A model generated the notes under the pieces. It was not told the origin of the DNA and did no database searches. It saw nothing but the letters and a program-made list of their open reading frames with translations. Positions 9,813-17,807 of a DNA stretch of 64,000 nt are shown here, in pieces; within the stretch, counting starts at the first letter, position 1; each line of letters opens with the position of its first letter. Made by a program: the position numbers and the translations under genes. The stretch lies in assembly GCA_964437365.1 (NCBI GenBank), contig CAYTGM010000009.1, positions 80,444-144,443 on the forward strand, written 5' to 3'. The DNA is from an uncultured Candidatus Sumerlaeota bacterium. Lineage in GTDB: Bacteria; Sumerlaeota; Sumerlaeia; SLMS01.

Positions 9813-10688
9813 TCACAGGTTTCTTTTCGTACGGGTTTTCAACTCTTCGATACCAACACGAACAAAACTGAAATCATAGCGGCAGGGATCCTCAGGACAA
9901 AGTTTTCGAAAGCGTTTTGTAAGGTGCTCGGCTGTCTTTCGGTCCGCGACTTTTCTGCGTGTCATGCGTAACATTCGTGTTAATCGAAGCACGTGTGTAT
10001 CAACAGGCATATAGAGTCGGGCGGGGTGGAGAAACTCAGTCCATAAGCCAAGATCTACGCCATCGCGAGGTCTCGCCATCCAACGGAGAAAAAGATGCAT
10101 CCGCTTGCACGCAGATCCGCGCTCTGGAGACGTGAAAAGAATCGTATCAATGGAAGAGAGAGCGAAGGACTTTCCGTCGTAGCGATTGGCCGTACGAACC
10201 CGACGGCTCAACGGCTCAACATTCTGAGTAGTTAGTGCCCGACTGAACCGAGAAAGGGGTTCACAAATATCTTCCTTCTGATCCTGATCAAGAGCTCTCC
10301 ACAAACTCCCAATCGTACCATGAGTTCGCAAAATGAGTCCAAGGGAAGCCAGGACAACCGCAATGTCCTCACGAGTTACCCACCTGTGATGCATCGCAGG
10401 AAGCTCAGCTTCGACGTCCTGAGGGGTATGCTCTCGAAGCCACGCTGCGGGTTCTGGACCGAGAATACTCAGGAGCTTCTCAAGGAACGCGAGAATGGAC
10501 TTAATATTCCCCGAGGCAAAACCGGCAGCGAGAAGCGCGACAACCTCCTGGTCTTCGGGACGCTGATAACGATGAGCCACCTGAAGCGGATCAGTATTCA
10601 GAAACTTGGGGCGATGATACTTATCGTACCAGCTTTCGAAGAGTTCAATGAGCTCCTGGTCTCTCTTGGTCAACGTTGCCATATTCAA
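9813..10688 (-). CDS. Conserved hypothetical protein (TIGR02757/DUF2400-like)
   Basis: Soluble 291-aa ORF with good coding signal. Family assignment is from memory of sequence features only. Confidence 0.4.
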   Translation of the reverse strand: MNMATLTKRDQELIELFESWYDKYHRPKFLNTDPLQVAHRYQRPEDQEVVALLAAGFASGNIKSILAFLEKLLSILGPEPAAWLREHTPQDVEAELPAMHHRWVTREDIAVVLASLGLILRTHGTIGSLWRALDQDQKEDICEPLSRFSRALTTQNVEPLSRRVRTANRYDGKSFALSSIDTILFTSPERGSACKRMHLFLRWMARPRDGVDLGLWTEFLHPARLYMPVDTHVLRLTRMLRMTRRKVADRKTAEHLTKRFRKLCPEDPCRYDFSFVRVGIEELKTRTKRNL

Positions 10689-10748
10689 AAAAAGAAGCCC
10701 GCAGGGTCTGCGGGCAGCGTCTTATACTTTAGGGATCTGAGGAACAGA

Positions 10749-10949
10749 TTAAATATCTTCGTCGGCGATTTCCTGCTCGTATGCATCTTCTTCTTTGTCT
10801 TCTCCGCCAAGGAAGCTGGCCATGCCCGAGAGAAACATCACAGCAATGAAATTACCTCCAGAAGGAGGGACGATAGCAGCGACTGCGGAGAAAGCAACGC
10901 TGGTGATAAGTGCAAGAATCGCAATGATTGGACTGTCAAAAAACCACAT
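10749..10949 (-). CDS. Small two-TM membrane protein with acidic C-terminus (hypothetical)
   Basis: 66-aa ORF on the same strand in an otherwise 375-bp gap. Has two hydrophobic segments and an EDKEEDAYEQEIADEDI tail. Confidence 0.35.
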   Translation of the reverse strand: MWFFDSPIIAILALITSVAFSAVAAIVPPSGGNFIAVMFLSGMASFLGGEDKEEDAYEQEIADEDI

Positions 10950-11064
10950 GAGGATGGAAACTCCGGTTCATCATTAGAGGCGTTTGCCCCATTGTTGGGC
11001 GTGAATAAGCCAACGACTGAGCACGGAGTCAAACGGTTCTTGAGGGGAAACGCGACGACCAATG

Positions 11065-11946
11065 CTACTTAATCTGATATCGAGGACCCTCGAACGGGCG
11101 CCGGTTGTCCCATTGGGCGCTGTCCCGCTTGATCCTTCTGGCGGGCAGAAAGCTCTTCAACACCTCACCTTTTGCTTCGCGGTTCATTGTGATGACGATC
11201 ACTCCGGCCAAAGAGAGCCCAGCGGCAATGATCCAGAGAACACCAACAGTCCCAGTCGTCGTCCCCATGAGCTCGGCCAGCTGTGCAGCATCACTTGCGA
11301 TGGGGACTCCTTCGATCTTGAACCCTTTCATCATCCACCCAAAAGAAACCTGAATGACCTCCAGAAAGGGATAGAGAATACTCGTAATAGCGATCAGGCG
11401 TAGACCGAGCTTCTGTATTTTATCGTCATCCAATAACGCAATTCCATGGACGATGATAATCGAGGTCACAGCGAACCAGATTGTGAACGAGTTAAGCCAG
11501 CCAAAGATCATTGAGAGGTAGCTGAAGATACTGATGAGCCACCAGACCTCTTTCGGCTGCCATACAGCTGACAGATAATAGAGCACCACCCCGAAGATCA
11601 GACTCCCGGTATAGCCAGCAAGAGCAATGAGAGTGAGGTTTCCACCAAGGCCGAGAGTCGCTCCGTTTCCTCCCGGGTGAAGGATGATACCGAAGACAAC
11701 ACCTCCTGTAAGATAGGCTGTCATGGCATGTGAAAGTTCATGAACAAGAACGACGACCAGTTTGACCGGGTTAAAGTAAGGAATTCCCCAGACGATCAAG
11801 ACAACCAGGAAGAGGACACCCTGTACCTTGAGAGACTTCTGAAAAGTTTCCCTGTAAAGACGCTCCTTAGCCTCCTGTTGGCGGACCTGGCGGTACCCTG
11901 CATGTTCCCGCCAGGCCCTCTCTTCCGTCGCGCAATTCTTCATCAT
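11065..11946 (-). CDS. Membrane zinc metalloprotease, M50B-like (site-2-protease family)
   Basis: HELSHAM (HExxH) lies within a TM helix and is followed by multiple TM segments. Four-bp gap to the upstream secreted-protein gene. Confidence 0.55.
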   Translation of the reverse strand: MMKNCATEERAWREHAGYRQVRQQEAKERLYRETFQKSLKVQGVLFLVVLIVWGIPYFNPVKLVVVLVHELSHAMTAYLTGGVVFGIILHPGGNGATLGLGGNLTLIALAGYTGSLIFGVVLYYLSAVWQPKEVWWLISIFSYLSMIFGWLNSFTIWFAVTSIIIVHGIALLDDDKIQKLGLRLIAITSILYPFLEVIQVSFGWMMKGFKIEGVPIASDAAQLAELMGTTTGTVGVLWIIAAGLSLAGVIVITMNREAKGEVLKSFLPARRIKRDSAQWDNRRPFEGPRYQIK

Positions 11947-11949
11947 CGA

Positions 11950-12981
11950 TCACCGAGACTTAACATCTTGAGTGAAAGATTGTATATCTCCTTCAATTCC
12001 CCAGCGATGCATATAGACTGTTTCTGCGTCTCCAAAGAAGCCCGCCCAATCGGGGCTCAGTTGTTCAACCTCGATTGCTGATGCTTTAACGGGCTCATGC
12101 TGCTCGATTGAATCCCCCTGAAGACCAGAGTGGTTCTTTAACTCGGAAGGAGTAATCAGGAGAAGTTGCACATTCGTATTTCCGCGTTCATTAGAGGAAA
12201 TACGCATCGGGTAGAAAGCATGGTCACTCTTGAATCGATACTGAATGGGCTGACGGGTATTGGTTGTTTTCCTCAGGTTGATCACGTCGAAGGCAAACCA
12301 TTCGTAGTCCTCGCGTATATAGCTTGAAATGATGTTCAAAAAATCTTCATGGATAGGGACTTCCTCAACACCGTAGTTCTTTCCGAGATAGTCATTCGCA
12401 AAGTTCTGAAACCCTGTCGTGTCTTCGATGCGAGCGACCGTTAAGTCATGAACCCCTATCTTGTTGTGGAAAGTAACCTGGTAAGCGCCTTTCGGAATGG
12501 GAATATCGTCTGGTGCACCGCCCGAGGCAAAGACCCACATCTGATTCTTGACAAGAAGCTTCTGGGCCTGCTCAAAGGTCTGAAAGTTACCTTCACGAAT
12601 GCTCGGCTGGGAGGGCATCGGTATAACTTCCATGACATGCGAATCCTGTGTGGAATACTGATCAGTGGAGAGAAGGAGAATCTGCTCTTCACCATTCCAG
12701 AGAATAATAGCACGCTGGCCGGGCTCGAAGACAGATATCGAAGTGGAATCAAACTTTATGTCCTGCAATCCATCTGGTATAGATTGCTTCAGATCAACTG
12801 AGTCCTGGCCCATCGCTTCTGCCGCAGCTGCAACTGGTAGAGCGGGTATGCGGACAACATCTTCGATAACAGGAACATAGAACGGGACACTTCCGCAGTC
12901 CGAATACGCACCTGAAGCGAGACCTCCGCCAAGCACCATGGATGAAAGTAGTTTTGTTAGCTGTCTCTTGAACCTGAGCAT
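11950..12981 (-). CDS. Hypothetical secreted protein, apparently co-operonic with the M50-like protease
   Basis: Signal-peptide-like N-terminus (LTKLLSSMVLGGGLASGAYS). 343 aa, no recognisable catalytic motif. Confidence 0.5.
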   Translation of the reverse strand: MLRFKRQLTKLLSSMVLGGGLASGAYSDCGSVPFYVPVIEDVVRIPALPVAAAAEAMGQDSVDLKQSIPDGLQDIKFDSTSISVFEPGQRAIILWNGEEQILLLSTDQYSTQDSHVMEVIPMPSQPSIREGNFQTFEQAQKLLVKNQMWVFASGGAPDDIPIPKGAYQVTFHNKIGVHDLTVARIEDTTGFQNFANDYLGKNYGVEEVPIHEDFLNIISSYIREDYEWFAFDVINLRKTTNTRQPIQYRFKSDHAFYPMRISSNERGNTNVQLLLITPSELKNHSGLQGDSIEQHEPVKASAIEVEQLSPDWAGFFGDAETVYMHRWGIEGDIQSFTQDVKSR

Positions 12982-13131
12982 CTTGAATCCTCCTGAGCCG
13001 AAAAAGTTTCACAGCCTCGACCTGCTGTTAAATGAACTTGGACAGTGAGGAAAAGAATTCTTTCAAAAAAGAAAAGGCTGATGAGAAGTTTCTCATCAGC
13101 CCTGGATTGCTTAAGTTCCTGTATGGAGTTC

Positions 13132-14628
13132 TCAGTGAGACAGAAGAGCCTTTTCGATCAGTTCAACGGCCTCATCCAATTGATCCCGTGCTCCGCCCTT
13201 CTCAGCCAGATCGTTCATAACGACAAAGACGTAGTCCTTGCCGGATGGCAGTGTGAGATACCCCGCGAGCGATTTCGTGTCACCCAGAGAACCTGTCTTG
13301 GCATCAACGACGCCCTCGACCTCTTTTAAACGACTCCTGATCGAGCCAGATTCACGGCTGTCCGCCATTGACTCGCGATATAGACGCTTGAGCGGTGTGT
13401 CTCCATACATGTTCTCAAGGAGCCTTCCAATCGTCAGTGGCATGATTCTGTTCTTGGAAGAAAGCCCTGATGTGTCGTACAACTCAAACCCTTCCATGGG
13501 AATCTCATTCTTCACAAGATACATTTTGATCAGATCGACTCCCCCTTCAAACGTTGCCGGAAGACCTGCTTCCATCGCAGCAACACGACCGACCATCTCC
13601 GTATAAAGATTCTGACTGTTATCAAGGATAACGGAGAGGAATTCTCCCAGCATCGGAGACTCATGTTTGATCAAAATCGTCCTGTATCTATTCGGTTCAT
13701 CTCCATCACGATGACGACTGGCGATACCTCCTGTGATTGTGATACCACCTTCAGTCAGTACGTGATGAAAGGTATGAGCTGTATACCTGGCTGGATCCGG
13801 AACTGCTGTCCAGCGTGTTCGCGTCTTGTCTTTATTCAGACTCCCAACTGCTCGGACAGTCATCTTCTCGTCATCACGAAAAAAGTCGACCCCTTTTGCA
13901 TCCTCGTTTTCCGCGATGATTTCGACTTCAGAGGTAATCTTTGAGTAGTCTCCGGGTGGAGCTATCTTCGTGATTGTTGCGCTTTCACCGATTTCTCCCT
14001 CAGCATTAAATGAAACGTCTATACAGTTATCATTGAAAGCAAGAGCGCTTATCTCTGCCATATACCACTCAGCCTTCTCATTCGGATACCACCCCTGCCC
14101 CCAGCGGTCATCCGGGAAGAACGAGTCATCACCGATTATATCACCATCGATTTTCTCAATACCCATGCGCTTCAGGTACTCTGCCCACTCTTCGAAAATA
14201 CCGAGCATTTCCTTGTTCGGTTCGCTTCGCGGTCCGAGAGATGGATCACCGCCACCAACGATAACAAGGTCTCCTTTCAGCGTGTGCCCATCAATTGCGC
14301 CGTTGGTAGCCACCAGTGTCGTGAACCGATGAGTATGTGAAATCTGATCAAGTGAAGCAGCCATGGTAAATGTCTTCGTCACCGAAGCAGGCTTCATGGG
14401 AACTTCACTATTCAGGTCAAAAACGATCTCGCCTGTCTTGGGGTCCAGAACAAGAGCAGCGAAACGCGCATCCTCTCCGAGGTCGGCTTTCTCAAGCGAT
14501 TCCTGCAGTGCATTCTTCAATGATTCACCGTCCAAAGCAGACGCCTCCTGATGGGGTTGAAGTACAAGAAAGGTCAGGAAGAAAAAGACCCATAACATTT
14601 CACCTCTGATATACTTTAATTTTGTCAT
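13132..14628 (-). CDS. dacB: D-alanyl-D-alanine carboxypeptidase/endopeptidase (PBP4, peptidase S13)
   Basis: Carries the SxxK motif (PASVTKTFT), the SxN motif (DTSGLSSKN) and the KTG motif (KTGSLGDT). N-terminal signal/TM. Length 498 aa. Confidence 0.8.
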   Translation of the reverse strand: MTKLKYIRGEMLWVFFFLTFLVLQPHQEASALDGESLKNALQESLEKADLGEDARFAALVLDPKTGEIVFDLNSEVPMKPASVTKTFTMAASLDQISHTHRFTTLVATNGAIDGHTLKGDLVIVGGGDPSLGPRSEPNKEMLGIFEEWAEYLKRMGIEKIDGDIIGDDSFFPDDRWGQGWYPNEKAEWYMAEISALAFNDNCIDVSFNAEGEIGESATITKIAPPGDYSKITSEVEIIAENEDAKGVDFFRDDEKMTVRAVGSLNKDKTRTRWTAVPDPARYTAHTFHHVLTEGGITITGGIASRHRDGDEPNRYRTILIKHESPMLGEFLSVILDNSQNLYTEMVGRVAAMEAGLPATFEGGVDLIKMYLVKNEIPMEGFELYDTSGLSSKNRIMPLTIGRLLENMYGDTPLKRLYRESMADSRESGSIRSRLKEVEGVVDAKTGSLGDTKSLAGYLTLPSGKDYVFVVMNDLAEKGGARDQLDEAVELIEKALLSH

Positions 14629-14707
14629 TTCATCACTCCGTAAAATCGAACATTAAACATCAGAAGATTGATCTATTCACGGGAAGGCAACAGATATTAT
14701 CGATGAA

Positions 14708-15439
14708 CTAATGAAGAGATGCTGCATGACAGATCTGCATCGGAAGACCTGCTTCGTCGAAGTCGGGATGATCAGGAATTGAAGTGACGCCTCTTTTTGC
14801 TGACAAGCTCGCGTGGATGGCCAGGCAAAAAGCGTCGATGACATCATCTGCTTGAACCTCTTTTCTCAAAGTTCCTCTCACAAATTCATTTATATATACG
14901 GAACCTTTCGGGAAGAATCTGTTGATGAGACGAATTCTTTCTCGTTCACCTGATCTATCTTTCTTTGTGTACTTGAGTTCGCCCTTATTCATTTTTTTAA
15001 AGCAAAGTTCTGGGTGGGCCTCGATCAGTGTCTCTTGGAGGTCAGGGTTCTCATGCAGAAACGAGTCGACTTCTTTAATTTTGTTGCATATATTCCAGGC
15101 CTGTTTCGAGAAACCTTTCCCAAGGAATTCGCGGTTGATTTGAAGCGCACCTGCATAGTCTGAAGCATAAACCGCTTCTCGACAAGGCGGAGAGAAGACA
15201 GAGCTGCGTCGACTTTTCAGTAGCTTGCGCACTTCCATGTCACATCTTCTCACGGGGACGGCTGGAAAAGGCAGCCCGATCGGCATGTCGATGAAAACGC
15301 GAGAGACATTATTGACGCTTGAGAAAAAGTCCGATATAGAAGATTTGAGATTTATCTGTGGAGGCCTGCTTTGGTGAAGAGAGACGACCACCCAACCTTT
15401 TCGGCACCCGTCTATACCAGCACAAAGCGATTCTGCCAT
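14708..15439 (-). CDS. DUF429 domain protein (RNase-H-like fold, function unknown)
   Basis: The N-terminal AGIDGCRKGWVVV motif is typical of DUF429. Confidence 0.5.
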   Translation of the reverse strand: MAESLCAGIDGCRKGWVVVSLHQSRPPQINLKSSISDFFSSVNNVSRVFIDMPIGLPFPAVPVRRCDMEVRKLLKSRRSSVFSPPCREAVYASDYAGALQINREFLGKGFSKQAWNICNKIKEVDSFLHENPDLQETLIEAHPELCFKKMNKGELKYTKKDRSGERERIRLINRFFPKGSVYINEFVRGTLRKEVQADDVIDAFCLAIHASLSAKRGVTSIPDHPDFDEAGLPMQICHAASLH

Positions 15440-16666
15440 TTACAGCATGCTTGGCTGACCAGCTTCGACAATCTTGTATTCTGTGACATTCGTCGTGCGG
15501 TCGGAGGGATGAAAGATTTCAAACTGAACCACATCACCGACCTGCTTGCTGGCGAACAGGAGATTGAACTCATCGCTGTCTCTTACCTCACGGCCATCAA
15601 CCTTAAGTATCAGATCACCTGCCGCGATGCCAGCGAGCTCCGCGGGTCCGTTAGGCTCAACACCAACAATGGCGACAGCCGTTCCCTTGTTCGTTCGGAT
15701 TGTCTGATGAGCGAAGTCGAGAAGCAGAGGGCGGATTCTCCCATGTTGTTTCACTTCATCGACGAATGCCTTCAAGCGATTGGCAGGAATAGCGAAGCCA
15801 ATCCCGGCACTGGCGCCTGAGGTCGAAAAGATAAACGTATTAATGCCAATAACATCACCGTTCAGGTCAACAAGCGGTCCCCCGCTATTGCCTGGATTAA
15901 TAGCGGCATCCGTTTGGATCATTCCCTGATAGACGCGGCGATTCTGCCGGTCCGGTCGAAATGTTCGATTAAGAGCACTGATATAGCCAACCGTGATAGT
16001 TGGTGTCGCGTCATCGATAACATTTCCAAAGGGGTTTCCAATGGCGATAGATTGCTCGCCAATTAACAGCGTGTCAGAGTCGGCGAAAGAGAGAGGCTCG
16101 GGAAGGTTGGGATCCTCTGAGGTAATCCTCAGCAAGGCGACGTCGATGTAGCGGTCAGCATCAACCAACTCTGCTTCGTACTCGTCTCCATTGGGAAAGG
16201 TAACGAAATAAGCTTCACTATCCTCGATCACATGATAGTTGGTGATCACGTGCCCTTCTTCATCAATGAGAAATCCGCTGCCCATGTAGGGAACTTTCTG
16301 GAACCTCTCCTGGTAGCGATAGCGGGGCATGAAGAAAAAGTCGTCAAACCAGGGCTGAGCCACGACGGTCTTCTTCACAGCACCAACGGTCGCGACCGCC
16401 GGGCTGACATCGGCAACCACCTCTGAGATGGGCGTCGTGGGCCGTGGTTTCGCCTTTTCTGAATCGGTTTTCTGCGACTCAGCGTCACTTTGAGCGACAG
16501 CATTCTGCGAGAGTGCACCAATGATCTGCTCGTCTTCCGGTGCCCACTTTTTCTGGACAAAGAGGCCTGTGAGGAAGCCTGTCGCGAGGAATATGAGGGT
16601 TATCAGAGGGATGCTGTAGCGTTTGGTCATCGATATTTTCACATTTCTTCGAGTCTTTGTACTCAT
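15440..16666 (-). CDS. HtrA/DegP-family periplasmic serine protease with PDZ domain
   Basis: Trypsin-like catalytic motifs (His in HVITNYHV, GNSGGPL) plus a C-terminal PDZ region (GIAAGDLILKVDG). N-terminal TM anchor. Confidence 0.85.
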   Translation of the reverse strand: MSTKTRRNVKISMTKRYSIPLITLIFLATGFLTGLFVQKKWAPEDEQIIGALSQNAVAQSDAESQKTDSEKAKPRPTTPISEVVADVSPAVATVGAVKKTVVAQPWFDDFFFMPRYRYQERFQKVPYMGSGFLIDEEGHVITNYHVIEDSEAYFVTFPNGDEYEAELVDADRYIDVALLRITSEDPNLPEPLSFADSDTLLIGEQSIAIGNPFGNVIDDATPTITVGYISALNRTFRPDRQNRRVYQGMIQTDAAINPGNSGGPLVDLNGDVIGINTFIFSTSGASAGIGFAIPANRLKAFVDEVKQHGRIRPLLLDFAHQTIRTNKGTAVAIVGVEPNGPAELAGIAAGDLILKVDGREVRDSDEFNLLFASKQVGDVVQFEIFHPSDRTTNVTEYKIVEAGQPSML

Positions 16667-16836
16667 TCGGTGGCAAGTTTCCTGCCTGATGAAACAGGAG
16701 GCAGTGGCAGAAGATCAATCGTTGATTTGCTCCTGGAATGTCGACGTCAGCCGGCGGAGAATCTCGTTGAAACTCGGATTCATAACCACGAGGATTATGC
16801 ATAAGTCTAAAATACCATTATCCGAGAGGCCGAAAG

Positions 16837-17211
16837 GTGGAGGAAGAGTTCATTAAAAAGCAGAAAAAGTTTAACAGGCGCTTTCACATGGCTGTCTGGT
16901 TATGCATTCCGTTCTGGGGTTTAGCCATCCTGATCTGGAATTCTGTCGGCTTTGACTTTCTCCGTAATCACCACGACAATGTGGAAAGTATCAATTTTTC
17001 ACTGAATCTAACACCCGAGCAAATCATCCAGGCCAACGGGAAGCCAGACTATATCTTTCAACATGATGAACCTGTTTCCAACGGATCCTATTCCACACTT
17101 AAAAGAGAGTTCCCGGGTCTCGTTTTCTGCTATGAGTACTTCGTCGACCTGCATGTCATCTATTTTGATGAAGAAGGGAAGTCCATGTGTATACAACTTC
17201 ATGGTACGTGA
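16837..17211 (+). CDS. Small membrane-anchored hypothetical protein, paralog 1 (GTG start after GAGAGG)
   Basis: Shares MEE[ED]FIKKQKK, PDYIFQ, EFPGLV[FY]CYEY and VIYFDE[EN]GKSMCI blocks with the adjacent ORF. One TM helix. Confidence 0.5.
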   Translation: MEEEFIKKQKKFNRRFHMAVWLCIPFWGLAILIWNSVGFDFLRNHHDNVESINFSLNLTPEQIIQANGKPDYIFQHDEPVSNGSYSTLKREFPGLVFCYEYFVDLHVIYFDEEGKSMCIQLHGT

Positions 17212-17284
17212 AACACGCGAAGCTCGTGCGATCTCTTGATCAAAGAAGAGCAAACTTGTTTGGATAATTGGAATGGGCAAATAA

Positions 17285-17713
17285 ATGGAAGAAGACTTTA
17301 TCAAGAAACAAAAAAAATCCAACCGGCTTGCAATCATTGCCTTGGGCTTTCTTTACATCAGTTGCATTGCTTCAATTATCGTGGGATTTCAACTTGGGAA
17401 ACGGACCACTGACGGTTTTAGAGAAAGCCTGAATTTCTCGTTAGGAATTAGAGCTGAAGAAGTAACAACCGCCGTCGGTGAACCAGATTATATCTTTCAA
17501 CCTGGGGAAGAGATCGAGTTGGAGGCTTACGATTTCACGAGGGAATTTCCGGGTCTTGTATACTGTTACGAATACGCATTTCATATGTATGTTATATACT
17601 TCGACGAGAATGGTAAATCTATGTGCATCAGGTATTTCTCGACCTCATCCCTTTCCTGGTGGTCTTCCAATGTGGTCGCAGAAGGCATGCGAGAGACGGA
17701 GCAAGACCTATAG
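17285..17713 (+). CDS. Small membrane-anchored hypothetical protein, paralog 2
   Basis: Tandem paralog of 16837..17211 with the same conserved blocks. Confidence 0.5.
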   Translation: MEEDFIKKQKKSNRLAIIALGFLYISCIASIIVGFQLGKRTTDGFRESLNFSLGIRAEEVTTAVGEPDYIFQPGEEIELEAYDFTREFPGLVYCYEYAFHMYVIYFDENGKSMCIRYFSTSSLSWWSSNVVAEGMRETEQDL

Positions 17714-17807
17714 TTGACACGATAGGCGGACGGAAGGGATTTTTCTTTTCCAGTTTTCATCGCTGCAAATTTCTGGAAAATGGGAACATCGACTACATAT
17801 TAGAGTC

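Noticed and set aside
10320-11403. Plus-strand ORFs 10320..11072 (250 aa), 11062..11403 and 11105..11353
   Set aside because: They lie entirely antisense to the well-supported minus-strand DUF2400-like, small-membrane and M50 protease genes. Translations are low-complexity (R/S/G-rich) with no motifs. They are typical shadow ORFs.
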